Positions 13,501-25,861 of a DNA stretch of 64,000 bases are shown piece after piece. This stretch comes from Balanoglossus misakiensis (lineage: Eukaryota; Animalia; Hemichordata). The stretch's first letter is position 1. Each line of letters begins with the position of its first letter. The notes beneath the pieces were generated by a model. It did no database searches, was not told the origin of the DNA, and was given only the letters and a program-made list of their open reading frames with translations. Both the position numbers and the translations under genes were made by a program. The DNA lies in contig CM082585.2 of the NCBI GenBank assembly GCA_040954595.2, positions 3,812,902 through 3,876,901 of the forward strand, read 5' to 3'.

Positions 13501-16500
13501 GGCTTTTTTCTTCTACTTCTTCTTCTTTTTCTTCTTCTTCTGTCGTTTTCTTTGGCGAGGTAGATCTGGAAAACTGCTAAACCTACCAATTTCAAACTTG
13601 GCACAATGGTGCAGGCCAATGAGAGCTAGTGCAGTACCCTTGTGAATGTTAAATTAGTCACGTGACCTGATGACCATATATGGGCAAAATTTCCAAATCG
13701 GCCTTATTTGCATATGAATGGAGATATCAAAATTCTTTTAGCAACTTTTGCGGACCATGTGGTCAGTGTCCTACATGCCAAATGTCAAGGCCATTGGCCA
13801 TTCCAATTTTGAGAAGAAGATTTTTAAGTATTATTTTTCATATTTTTTACCAAGCCATGGGCCTATACTTTCCATAGTAAAGCCATGACCACATATTATT
13901 TTGGATAAATATGCATACATATCTCAAAATCTGTTAGGCCGATCATCTCCAACTTTGGTGTGCAGCTAGCCTAGCATTTGTCAATAATTTTAAGCGAAAA
14001 AAAATAGTATGAAAAATCGACCGATTTTTTTATATTAATTTTTTTATTAAATAATACCTTTACTTATACCTCTATGGTTAAGCTATGTCCATGTCTTATT
14101 GTGGAATTCTGGTCTGTGCAATAGTCCTGTACAGTGACTGTCTATTGGTCGGTGAGCACAATGGCACCAAAATAAAAGGCACAATTTTAGGCTCACCTGT
14201 AACACCTGCTTAACTCATTAATTATGTGCATACCTAATTCTGGGCTAACTAAGAGGGCTAGAGGTTTCGTTCTTGTGGGACATGGACCAGTATAGGGTCA
14301 AAATTTCTTGCCCAAATTTTGGGTTACCTCAGGTGACCTTTGACCTACTTTCCTATATCTTGGCATCCAGAGCAGGTACAGACTTGGCGTATGGAGGGTT
14401 GGGACTAAAATAGAAAAGCCAAAATGTGGGTCACCTGTGACACCTGCATATCTCATTAATTATGTGCATACCTAATTCCAGGCTAACCAATAGGGCTATA
14501 GGTTTGGTTTTTGTTGAACATGGACCAGTATAGGGTCAAAATTTCTTGCCCAAATTTTGTATGACCTCAGGTGACCTTTGACCTACTTTACCATATCTTG
14601 GCATCCAGAGAAGGTACAGAATTGGCGTTTGGAGGGTTGGGACTAAAATTGAAAAGGCAACACTGGGGGTCACCTGTGACACCTGCCTACCTCATTAATT
14701 ATGTGCATACCTAATTCCAGGGTAACCGATAGGGTTATAGGTTTGTTTTTTGTTGAACATGGACCAGTATAGGGTCAAAATTTCTTGCCCAAATTTTGCA
14801 TGACCTCAGGTGACCTTTGACCTACTTAACCATATCTTGGCATCCAGAGTAGGTACAGAATTGGCGTTTGGAGGGTTGGGACTAAAATTGAAAAGGCAAC
14901 ACTGGGGGTCACCTGTGACACCTGCCTACCTCATTAATTATGTACATACCTAATTTCAGGCTAACCAATAGGGCTATAGGTTTGGTTTTTGTTGAACATG
15001 GACCAGTATAGGGTCAAAATTTCTTGCCCAAATTTTGCATGACCTCAGGTGACCTTTGACCTACTTAACCATATCTTGGCATCCAGAGCAGATATGCTTA
15101 TTGCTATGTTGCTATGTGCTATGTTGGCTTGGGCCCGCTATTGCTGCTTGCAGCTATATTCTTCTTTTTCTTCTTGTGCCGTTTTTTTTGTCAAGTAGAT
15201 CTGGAGAACGGCTGAACCTACCAATTTCAAACTTAGCACAATGGTGCAGGCCAATGAGAGCTGGTGCAGTACCCTTGTGAATGTTTAATAAGTCATGTGA
15301 CCTGATGACCATATATGGGCAAAATTTTCAAATCGGCCTAATTTGCATATGAATTGAGATATCAAAATTCTGTTCAGATGCTTTGTGGACCACATGGCCA
15401 GGGTTCTACATGCCAAATGTCAAGGCCATAGGCCATGTCAATTTTGAGAAGAAGATTTTTAAGTATTATTTTTCATATTTTTCGCCCAAGCCATGTGCCT
15501 ATACTTTACATAGTTAAGCTATGACAACATATTATTTTGGATAAATATGCATACATATCTCAAAATCTGTTAGGCCGATCATCTCCAACTTTGGTGTGCA
15601 GCTAGCCTAGCATTTGTCAATAATTTTAAGCGGAAAAAAATAATATGAAAAATCGACCGATTTTTTTATATTAATTTTTTTATTAAATTTATACCTTTAT
15701 TTATACCTCTATGGTTAAGCTAAGTCCATGTCTTATTGTGGAATTCTGGTCTGTGCAATAGTCTTGTACAGTGACTATCTATTGGTCAGTGAGCACAATG
15801 GGGCCAAAATAAAAGGCAAAATTTTAGGCTCACCTGTAACACCTGCTTAACTCATTAATTATGTGCATACCTAATTCTGGGCTAACGAAGAGGGCTAGAG
15901 GTTTCGTTCTTGTGGGACATGGACCAGTATAGGGTCAAAATTTCTTGCCCAAATTTTGGGTGACCTCAGGTGACCTTTGACCTACTTTACCAGATCTTGG
16001 CATCCAGAGCAGGTACAGACTTGGCGTTTGGAGGGTTGGGACTAAAATTGAAAAGCCAAAATTGGGGATCACCTGTGACACCTGCGTACCTCATTAATTA
16101 TGTGCATACCTAATTCCAGGCTAACCAATAGGGCTATAGGTTTGGTTTTTGTTGAACATGGACCAGTATAGGGTCAAAATTTCTTGCCCAAATTTTGCAT
16201 GACCTCAGGTGACCTTTGACCTACTTTACCATATCTTGGCATCCAGAGCAGATATGCTTATTGCTATGTTGCTATGTGCTATGTGATATGTTGGCTTGGG
16301 CCCGCTATTGCTGCTTGCAGCTATATTTCTTCTACTTCTTTTTCTTCTTCTGTCGTTTTCTTTGGCGAGGTAGATCTGGAAAACTGCTAAACCTACCAAT
16401 TTCAAACTTGGCACAATGGTGCAGGCCAATGAGAGCTAGTGCAGTACCCTTGTGAATGTTTAATAAGTCATGTGACCTGATGACCATATATGGGCAAAAT

Positions 16501-19500
16501 TTTCAAATCGACCTAATTTGCATATGAATGGAGATATCAAAATTCTGTTCAGATGCTTTGTGGACCACATAGCCAGGGTTCTACATGCCAAATGTCAAGG
16601 CCATAGGCCATGTCAATTTTGAGAAGAAGATTTTTAAGTATTATTTTTCATATTTTTCGCCCAAGCCATGTGCCTATACTTTACATAGTTAAGCTATGAC
16701 AACATATTATTTTGGATAAATATGCATACATATCTCAAAATCTGTTAGGCCGATCATCTCCAACTTTGGTGTGCAGCTAGCCTAGCATTTGTCAATAATT
16801 TTAAGCGAAAAAAAATACATGAAAAATCGACCGATTTTTTTATATTAATTTTTTTATTAAATTTATACCTTTACTTATACCTCTATGGTTAAGCTATGTC
16901 CATGTCTTGTTGTGGAATTCTGGTCTGTGCAATAGTCTTGTACATAGACTATCTATTGGTCAGTGAGCACAATGGCACCAAAATAAAAGGCAAAATTTTA
17001 GGCTCACCTGTAACACCTGCTTAACTCATTAATTATGTGCATACCTAATTCTGGGCTAACTAAGAGGGCTACAGGTTTCGTTCTTGTGGGACATGGACCA
17101 GTATGGGGTCAAAATTTCTTGCCCAAATCTTGGGTGACCTCAGGTGACCTTTGACCTACTTTCCTATATCTCAGCATCCAGAGCAAGTACAGACTTGGCG
17201 TTTGGAGGGTTGGGACTAAAGTTGAAACGCCAAAATTGGGGGTCACCTGTGACACTTGCCTACCTCATTAATTATGTGCATACCTAATTCCAGACTAACC
17301 AATAGAGCTAGAGGTTTTGTTCTTGTGGGACATTGACCAGTATGGGCTCAAATTCTTTTGCCCACATTTTGAGTGACCTCAGGTGACCTTTGACCTACTT
17401 TCCTATATCTCAGCATCCAGAGCAAGTACAGACTTGGCGTTTGGAGGGTTGGAACTAAAATTGAAAAGCCAAAATTGGGGGTCACGTGTGACACCTGCCT
17501 ACCTCATTAAGTATGTGCATACCTAATTCCAAGCTAACCAATAGGGCTATAGGTTTGGTTTTTGTTGAACATAGACCAGTATAGGGTCAAAATTTCTAGC
17601 CCCAATTTTGCATGACCTCAGGTGACCTTTGACCTACTTTACCGTATCTTGGCATCCAGAGAAGATATGCTTATTGCTATTTTGCTATGTGCTATGTTGG
17701 CTTGGGCCCGCTATTGCTGCTTGCAGCTATATTTCTTCTACTTCTTCTTCTTCTTCTTGTGTCGTTTTTTTGTCCAGCTAGATCTTGAAAACGGCTGAAC
17801 CTACAAATTTCAAAGTTGGCACAATGGTGCAGGCCTATGAGAGCTGGTGCAGTACCCTTGTGAATGTGTAATTTGTCATGTGACCTGATGACCATATATG
17901 GGCAAAATATTCAGTTTGGCCTAATTTGCATATGAATGGAGATATCAAAATTCTGTTCAGATGCTTTGTGGATCAAATGGCCAGGGTTCTACATGCCAAA
18001 TGTCAAGGCCATAAGCCATGTCAATTTTGAGAAGAAGATTTTTAAGTATTATTTTCCATATTTTTCGCCCAAGCCATGGGCCTATACTTTACATAGTTAA
18101 GCCATGACCACAGATTATTTTGGATAAATATGCATACATATCTCAAAATTTGTTAGGCCAATCATCTCCAACTTTGGTGTGCAGCTAGCCTAGCTTTTGT
18201 CAATAATTTTAAGCGAAAAAAAATAATATGAAAAATCGACCGATTTTTTTATATTAATTTTTTATTAAATTTATACCTTAACTTATACCTCCATAGTAAA
18301 GCTATGTCCACGCCTTATTGTGGAATTCTGGTCTGTGCAATGGTCCTGTAAAGTGACTGTCTATTGGCCAGTGAGCAGAATGGGACCAAAATAAAAGGCA
18401 AAATTTTGGGCTCACCTGTGACACCTGCATATCTCATTAATTATGTGCATACCTAATTCCAGGCTAACCAATAGGGCTATAGGTTTGGTTTTTGTTGAAC
18501 ATGGACCAGTATAGGGTCAAAATTTCTTGCCCCAATTTTGCATGACCTCAGGTGACCTTTGACCTACTTTACCAGATCTTGGCATCCAGAGCAGGTACAG
18601 ACTTGGCGTTTGGAGGGTTGGGACTAAAATTGAAAAGCCAAAATTGGGGGTCACCTGTGACACCTGCCTACCTCATTAATTATGTGCATACCTAATTCCA
18701 GGCTAACCAATAGGGCTATAGGTTTGGTTTCTGTTGAACAGGGACCAGTATAGGGTCAAAATTTCTTGCCCAAATTTTGCATGACCTCAGGTGACCTTTG
18801 ACCTACTTTACCAGATCTTGGCATCCAGAGCAGGTACAGACTTGGCGTTTGGAGGGTTGGGACTAAAATTGAAAAGCCAAAATTGGGGGTCACCTGTGAC
18901 ACCTGCATATCTCATTAATTATGTGCATACCTAATTCCAGGCTAACCAATAGGGCTATAGGTTTGGTTTTTGTTGAACATGGACCAGTATACGGTAAAAA
19001 TTTCTTGCCCAAATATAACATGACCTCAGTTGACCTTCGACCTACTTTACCATATCTTGGCATCCAGAGCAGGTACAGACTTGGCGTTTGGAGGGTTGGG
19101 ACTAATATTGAAAAGCCAAAATTGGGGGTCACCTGTTACACCTGCATATCTCATTAATTATGTGCATACCTAATTCCAGGCTAACCAATAGGGCTATAGG
19201 TTTGGTTTTTGTTGAACATGGACCAGTATACGGTAAACATTTCTTGCCCAAATATAACATGACCTCAGTTGACCTTCGACCTACTTTACCATATCTTGGC
19301 ATCAAGAGCAGATATGCTTACTGCTATGTTGCTATGTGCATGTTGGCTTGGGCCCGCTATTGCTGCTTGCAGCTATATTTATTATTATTATTATTATTAT
19401 TCCCACTTTTAAAAACAGCCGCTATTCGAAGACCGTTGCACCCAATGACTTGAAATTTGGCTCATAGGTAAAACTCAAAGCAAGTAATTTTTTGATCATG

Positions 19501-22500
19501 TCACTATGGCAACAGGTCACATGACCTGGCAGCCATCTTGGATTTAAACTTTTAAATTGGTCTAATTTGCATAAAAAATGAAGAATCCAAATTCTGTTCA
19601 GAAACTTTGTGGACCATATGGCCAGGGTCCTATATGCCAAATTTCAATGTCTAAGTCCTTGCCGATTTTGAGGAGATGATTTTTAAAGCATTATTTTTCA
19701 TATTTTCTATGACCATTGGACCCAGCCATTGGCCTATACTTTCCATGGTTAAGCAATGGCCCCCTAGGATTTTAGATTTATGCCCAATATCTCAACATCC
19801 GCTGGGCTGATCAGCTTCAAATTTTGTGTGCAGCTAGCCTACCTTCCGACAATCAGTTCTAACTGGAAAAAATAATATGGAAAATCGACCGATTTTTTTA
19901 TATTAATTTTTTTATGAAATCTATACCTATACTTATTCCACTATACTTAAGCTATGGCCACTTAGTTTTGTAGAATTCTGGTCGGTGCAATAGTCTGCAG
20001 CATAGGACCAAAATAAGAAGCCAAATTTAAGGCTCACCTGTGACACCTGCTCAACTCATTAATTATGTGCATACCTAATTCCAGGCAAACCAATAGGGCT
20101 ACAGGTCTGGTTTTTGTCGGACATGGACCAGTATGGGGTCAAATTTTTCCCCCCAATTTTGGGTGACCTTGGGTGACCTTTGACCTACTTTCGCATACCT
20201 CAGCATCCAGAGCAGGTACAGCTTAGGTGTTTGGGTGGATGGGACCAAAATAAGAAGCCAAATTTAAGGCTCACCTGTGACACCTGCTTAACTCATTAAC
20301 TATGTGCATACCTAATTCCAGGCAAACCAATAGGGCTACAGGTCTGGTTTTTGTCGGACATGGACCAGTATGGGGACAATTTTTTCCCCCAAACTTTGGA
20401 TGTCCTTGGGTGACCTTTGACCTACTTTCACATATCTCGGCATCCAGAGCAGGTACAGCTTAGGTGTTTGGGTGGACGGGACCAAAATAAGAAGCCAAAT
20501 TTAAGGCTCACCTGTGACACCTGCTTAACTCATTAACTATGTGCATACCTAATTCCAGGCAAACCAATAGGGCTACAGGTCTGGTTTTTGTCGGACATGG
20601 ACCAGTATGGGGAAAATTTTTTTTCCCAAACTTTGGATGTCCTTGGGTGACCTTTGACCTACTTTCACATATCTCGGCATCCAGAGCAGGTACAGCTTAG
20701 GTGTTTGGGTGGACGGGACCAAAATAAGAAGCCAAATTTAAGGCTCACCTGTGACACCTGCTTAACTCATTAACTATGTGCATACCTAATTCCAGGCAAA
20801 CCAATAGGGCTACAGGTCTGGTTTTTGTCGGACATGGACCAGTATGGGGACAATTTTTTTTCCCAAACTTTGGATGTCCTTGGGTGACCTTTGACCTACT
20901 TTCACATATCTCGGCATCCAGAGCAGGTACAGCTTAGGTGTTTGGGTGGACGGGACCAAAATAAGAAGCCAAATTTTAGAGTCACCTGTGACACCTGCCT
21001 AACTCATTAATTATGTGCATACCTAATTCCAGGCAAACCAGTAGGGCTACAGGTCTGGTTTTTGTTTGACATGGACCAGTATAGCGTAAACATTTTCTGC
21101 TCATATTAAGCGTGACCTCACGTGACCTTTGACCTACTTTTCCACATCTCAGCATCCACAGCACATACACCCTTGGCATTTGGAGTGATAGAACAACTAA
21201 TGCAGTAATTAAATATGCACAAATCTATCTCCAGGCGAACCAATAGGGCTAGTAGTGTCTCGAAACCCGCTTATTGCTGTTCACAGCTATATTTTAGAAT
21301 GCGATGATGTCATTTGGTTTACATTGAGTGACCAATTAGCTTACACGCAAGATTTACTGTCACCGGGCGTCACTTTTCAACGCCCTGGTCTCCGGGCTAG
21401 TAAAAACACAAATGACAAGCAACTTCTTTCAGTCAGCCCTGGAACAGACAGACAGACACACACACTGACCTGTCACTTGAAATTAACAATTTAATAGCTG
21501 GTGGTCTCTGTAACAGCTGGCCTATTAAAGTTATGTAAACATGTCTTAGTTCGGGGTAACAACTCCTTGTAAATAGTAACTTTAAAAACAACTGGACAAT
21601 TGGTTTAGGAGAAGATTTGCTAACCAAACACAAAGAAACTTACACAAAAACTTGCTAAATATTGAATATTTCTGATATCAGAATTGAATAAAAGTTGCAC
21701 ATATACATTATGTGTTATGAAATTATATCCTGAGAAAACAAATGTTGACAAAAATTGCAAAAGTTTCCCCGATGACACATTCATGCAAATATCACATTTT
21801 TTACAACATATTACTCAGGTTACCCCTACGAACATGCCTACCAAATTGCAAAGCAATCTGGCATGCGGTTTTAAAGAAAACAAAATTCTGACCAAAAATG
21901 GCAAATATTGCTCAAAATTATAAATATGCAAATTTTGCAACAATTTGAACAAAACTATGGTTACTCAGACAACCATTAGGAAGCTTCATACTAAATTTCA
22001 ATAAAGTAAACCCATCACTTTCAGAAATGAAGACTTTTTACCAATAAGGCCAGAGAGAAAAAAAATCTTGTTCATCGGATTTTTAGGACCAAGTTCAAGG
22101 AGCGACGAGCGAATATATTTTTTTTTTTTAGGCTGAAGGTAAATGCGGTTCTCTGGCATATTTGCACAGATGCAGATAAGGCGAGATAATTGTTTCCCTT
22201 TTTACCAGAAATATCTCAGACAAAAACTTGCTAAATATTGAATATTTCTGATATCAGAATTGAATAAAAGTTGCACATATACATTATGTGTTATGAAATT
22301 ATATCCTGAGAAAACAAATGTTGACAAAAATTGCAAAAGTTTCCCCGATGACACATTCATGCAAATATCACATTTTTTACAACATATTACTTAGGTTACC
22401 CCTACGAACATGCCTACCAAATTGCAAAGCAATCTGGCATGCGGTTTTAAAGAAAACAAAATTCTGACCAAAAATGGCAAATATTGCTCAAAATTATAAA

Positions 22501-23611
22501 TATGCAAATTTTGCAACAATTTGAACAAAACTATGGTTACTCAGACAACCATTAGGAAGCTTCATACTAAATTTCAATAAAGTAAACCCATCACTTTCAG
22601 AAATGAAGACTTTTTACCAATAAGGCCAGAGAGAAAAAAAATCTTGTTCATCGGATTTTTAGGACCAAGTTCAAGGAGCGACGAGCGAATATATTTTTTT
22701 TTTTTTAGGCTGAAGGTAAATGCGGTTCTCTGGCATATTTGCACAGATGCAGATAAGGCGAGATAATTGTTTCCCTTTTTACCAGAAATATCTCAGACAA
22801 AAACACTGATACATGTACTTGTAACTGAATTTAATACAATATTTCCCAACAATAACATACGCAATTACATTTACAGTTGGTGTTTGCACAACATATTCTG
22901 GGCACCAGCGGCAGTGACTAAGAATTTTGTAACGTGGAAGTAGAATATTTGCCGACATCCACAATTTTTTTTTTCCCAAATCAGCCAAAGTAGAAACGGC
23001 GATTCCGATGAACAAGTTATTTTTTCTTCCTGGCCTAACATGGAAAAAAATGCATAAAAAAGGTACATGCATACCAATTTTCAAATCAATATGACCAGTG
23101 GTTGTCGAGTTTTTGAGTTTTGACCAATTTCACATTTTCCCAGCTAATTTGCATATTTTTGGCAATGACAACTTCATTTGAACAAACTCCCATCTACAGC
23201 CCTGCCTGCATCTACACACCAAATATCGAGGTCATATGCGCTGCGGTTTTCAAGTTTTTGATGTGGACGGACATACATCAATCCATCACCATCCATCCAT
23301 CCATCCATACATCCATCCATCCATACATACATACAGACGCAACCGATCCCATAAGGTCCCATGGTACATACCAATGGGACCTAAAAACGTGTCTTTCCAC
23401 TTGAACAAACTAGGATAGGTAGACCGGTCATAAGGAAAAGTATGGACTAAGTGGCAAAGAATTAATTAAACAATAACTTACCCGCATTTTCACATAAAAT
23501 CTCCACAACATAGTTGATGCCACATTTCCAATTTGACCACATGCCATTTCTGGGAATTGAAATATAAAGTAATTATATTTTATCTTTCTTCACTTATTAA
23601 TGCCGGTCAAC

Positions 23612-23647
<36 letters not shown>

Positions 23648-24574
23648 TTTTTCCCTAATTTTTAATTAAAAATCCAACAACAATGGAGAATTCAATCCAT
23701 ATGATCTTAAATTGTAAATTGACAGAAACATGAGATAAATGTGTTAGATTGTTGTACCACATTTTGCTTAGAAAAGTTTTGTGTTCAACGGTAAAAGATG
23801 AGACAAATATGGACAATCTCACAGTTTCCGATTGAAATTTTTCATAATAAAGGAAACATGTGTACGCAATTACAAATAGATAAAATTATGATCCGAAGAT
23901 ATTGTCCATTGTAACATCTGCATATCTTAAAATTTGCAATAAACTCTGTCCCTACTGATTTCCCATTCTGAGATCGCGGGCTTCTGTGCTTGACACACAA
24001 CGATTGCTCCAAGTTTAGCTGTATTTTAATGAGCACAAAAAACAACATTTTTTTATATTTAAAAATAGATTCAAAGCGCTCAACTTACGCCAGTAAGAGA
24101 CAATCTCCATTATTCTCTGACAAATTTGTGCTCCAGAGCTCGTGAGTCAAAATGTCCCCGTCTCTTGTGACTACGCGTCCGTTGTCAATCAGTCGAGCAT
24201 CTATCCAGAATAATTTCTGTAAAATGCCTCGTTCTTTTAAACTGTTTACTATAGCTGCGTGTTTTTCTTCGCTGTCATCTTTAACAAGGCGAAGACCTAA
24301 TCGCTCGCAAAAAGTGTAGGCAGAAGGGTGATCCATCGGCTGGAAAGCGTGGTAGGTGACGCAACCTGGAAGTAAAATCATTATTCTTATGACAGTCATT
24401 TTAAACAATCACAAAATAATAAGATTTATTTGCTCCCGTTTTGAGGAATTAAAATGTCTTACCTGCTTGCTGCGGTAATGACATAGACAACATCACGAAT
24501 GTAGCGACGAGAGTCAACGTCAAAGGTATTTCACGACAATCTCGTAAAGTTTTACAGCTTCTCCGGCAAGCCAT
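446..24574 (-). CDS. Spliced gene for a secreted protein: signal peptide, two C-type lectin-like domains, polycystin-1/PKD1L-type GAIN domain with GPS motif, no TM region
   Basis: GT-AG exons with matching phases: 24574-24463 (MACRRS...[16 protein letters not shown]), 24365-24089, 23549-23482 (NGMWSNWKC...ILCE), 9205-8944 (second CTL, WIDA), unresolved link, then 4251-4181, 3984-3894, 3526-3192, 2882-2774, 2471-2347, 2137-1909, 959-874, 541-446. The last two exons give [46 protein letters not shown], a GPS consensus. The join between the CTL half and the GAIN half is inferred. Confidence 0.7.
1245..1590. mobile_element. Kolobok-like MITE (TTAA-flanked family), degraded
   Basis: Ends resemble the TIR ...CTCTAGAGCTGCCA seen at 8648 and 9237; right end CTTTAA. 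Confidence 0.55.
1595..1763 (-). mobile_element. Short HINE/DINE-like element remnant
   Basis: Minus-strand hairpin head TTACCTCGCG...CGCGGTAA followed by TGTC microsatellite-like tract. Confidence 0.35.
1909..4251 (-). CDS. GAIN-domain exons of the polycystin-like gene
   Basis: Six open exons in compatible phases; PKD1L-like motifs [27 protein letters not shown]...DLGVWL. Confidence 0.8.
5596..8096 (-). mobile_element. 5'-truncated, frameshifted L2/CR1-clade LINE (APE C-terminus plus RT)
   Basis: [13 protein letters not shown] (APE), [39 protein letters not shown]...LHWLP; 3' tail with ATTG repeats. Confidence 0.92.
7602..7717 (+). mobile_element. 3' tail fragment of a second LINE inserted antisense in the L2 copy
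   Basis: Interrupts the L2 frame (LD-HAP); ends ATGGAC...GTCTGAAATAAAG(AAT)n. Confidence 0.45.
8648..8867. mobile_element. Kolobok-like MITE
   Basis: TTAA-GCCTCTAGAGCTGCCA ... TGGCAGCTCTAGAGGCT-TTAA inverted termini. Confidence 0.7.
8944..9205 (-). CDS. Second C-type lectin-like exon
   Basis: [13 protein letters not shown]...WIDA...SCIYA; paralogous to exon 24365-24089 ([13 protein letters not shown]...WIDA...DCLLLA); same 1/2 phases. Confidence 0.8.
9237..9465. mobile_element. Kolobok-like MITE, same family
   Basis: TTAA..CCTCTAGAGCTGCCA ... TGGCAGCTATAGGGGCT-TTAA; internal similarity to 8648-8867. Confidence 0.7.
9835..9920. repeat. Perfect 39-bp-arm palindrome with 8-nt loop, inside a direct duplication
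   Basis: 9835-9873 is the exact reverse complement of 9882-9920; 9811-9885 is repeated at 9921-9995. Confidence 0.9.
10245..21293 (+). mobile_element. Non-autonomous Helentron-like (HINE) element, family A; body 19381-21293, with family B stack inserted in its (TTA)n tract
   Basis: 5' palindrome GGGTTTCGAGACC...GGTCTCGAAACCC, 3' subTIR GTCTCGAAACCC plus hairpin GCTGTTCACAGC, internal ~237-bp tandem repeats; uninterrupted copy at 47312-49496. Confidence 0.8.
10311..19380 (+). mobile_element. Nested stack of HINE family B elements: 7 heads, 6 bodies
   Basis: Heads GGGCCCAAGCC(C/A)AGCAGGCTTGGGCCC: four at 10311-10500 and three at 13358-13500. Tails GGCTTGGGCCCGCTATTGCTGCTTGCAGCTATATT end near 11940, 13357, 15160, 16327, 17732 and 19380. 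Each body has 2-4 copies of a ~239-bp repeat. Confidence 0.85.
21646..22797 (+). repeat. Near-perfect tandem duplication of ~575 bp
   Basis: 21646-22220 repeated at 22221-22797; CAAAAA microhomology at the junction. Confidence 0.9.
22624..23035. mobile_element. PIF/Harbinger-like MITE
   Basis: TAA-GGCCAG...AAAAA..CTTGTTC / GAACAAG..TTTTT...CTGGCC-TAA. Confidence 0.7.
23482..24574 (-). CDS. Signal peptide and first C-type lectin-like domain exons
   Basis: Three phase-compatible exons with canonical splice sites, a hydrophobic leader and CTL cysteines and W residues. Confidence 0.85.
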
Positions 24575-24605
24575 GGTTGCGAGTTTGCGGCTAATCTCCG
24601 ATTAT

Positions 24606-24617
24606 CTTATATATAAA
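24606..24617 (-). promoter_or_regulatory. Putative TATA box of the CTL-GAIN gene
   Basis: TTTATATATAAG on the minus strand about 35 nt upstream of the ATG; this implies a very short 5' UTR. Confidence 0.35.
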
Positions 24618-25011
24618 CTACTCGATAATTATGAGTGTTTTGCAAAATATTTGTAACCGCCGTGGAGAGAGAGAGAGAGAGAGAGAGCAAAGACTACATG
24701 GAGATGCTATGCCTTGTACTTACATATATTAGTTGGCAGACACCCACAGAGGATGTTTGGTCCAGGACCACTCACCTAGAGGAGCCACCCCGATGATTAA
24801 TGTAAGTTCTGTTTAATTTGTCCATTTACCGGAAGCAACTAGTTTAATATCAATTCATTCCTTTTCATCTTACCACAATCATAAATAAATTATTTTAATG
24901 ACACGCACTGCTTAACCTGTGTTTACTTAATGAAATAAGGAAAACTAATCTCATACAAGATTCATCGCAAGATGCAACTTTCGAAATTTCAAACTTTTCG
25001 TTAAGCGGCTA

Positions 25012-25345
<334 letters not shown>

Positions 25346-25539
25346 AAAAGCTGTACAACACCAGTATTATGGGGACACTTTCCAATCTGTGAAGTTGAAC
25401 TTGAGTAAACGTGCCCCTATCGTCTGACAACTGAACTTGTTCGTAGACGAAGATGATGTACTTCGTTGTGGCAGTAGAATTCATAATGCAGCACGCGACT
25501 TTGTCACGAAGTTTCCCACATTGATTCCCGCGCATCTCA

Positions 25540-25861
25540 AGTTAATAGAAGGCGCACAAATTGATGTTACACGAGAGAGTCCAATCTACAGTGACACGAA
25601 TTAGACAAACATATTGGATCCCCAAAATATGCATCATCGTACGCAATATTTTACGTGAATGTGTCATATGCAACAAGGTTACCGGGAAACCTTACACCAA
25701 ACCCGTACAAGCTCCGTTGCCGAGCTACCGTGTGAATATAGCTCCTCCGTTTTCAATAATGGGCGTAGACTTCACTGGAAATCTGTATACCAAATCGAAA
25801 GATGAAACTCGAGGCAAAGCATATATGTTTGTTTGTTTACGTGCGTGGTGACGCGTGCCAT
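25540..25861 (+). mobile_element. BEL/Pao LTR retrotransposon integrase fragment
   Basis: YWIPK...CVICNK..GKPY..P..APLP..RV..APPF...GVDFTG...KAY..FTC..TRA. Confidence 0.85.

Larger units (their letters stand above)
9978..21399. mobile_element. About 375-bp MITE (TAG...CTA termini, 9-bp TSD) split by the 11-kb Helentron-like stack
   Basis: TAGCCCGGAGACCAGGGCGT / ACGCCCTGGTCTCCGGGCTA; flanks GTACAAACA and GTAAAAACA (one mismatch). Confidence 0.8.
21430..23387 (-). mobile_element. HINE/DINE-like element with palindromic head and (GGAT)n tract, interrupted by a MITE
   Basis: TTTTAGGTCCCATTGGTATGTACCATGGGACCT head at 23387-23353, microsatellite 23270-23335; left boundary approximate. Confidence 0.5.

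Noticed and set aside
10104-21179. Many short hydrophobic ORFs ([22 protein letters not shown])
   Set aside because: Chance frames in non-coding HINE heads, microsatellite tracts and 239-bp repeats; not conserved between copies.
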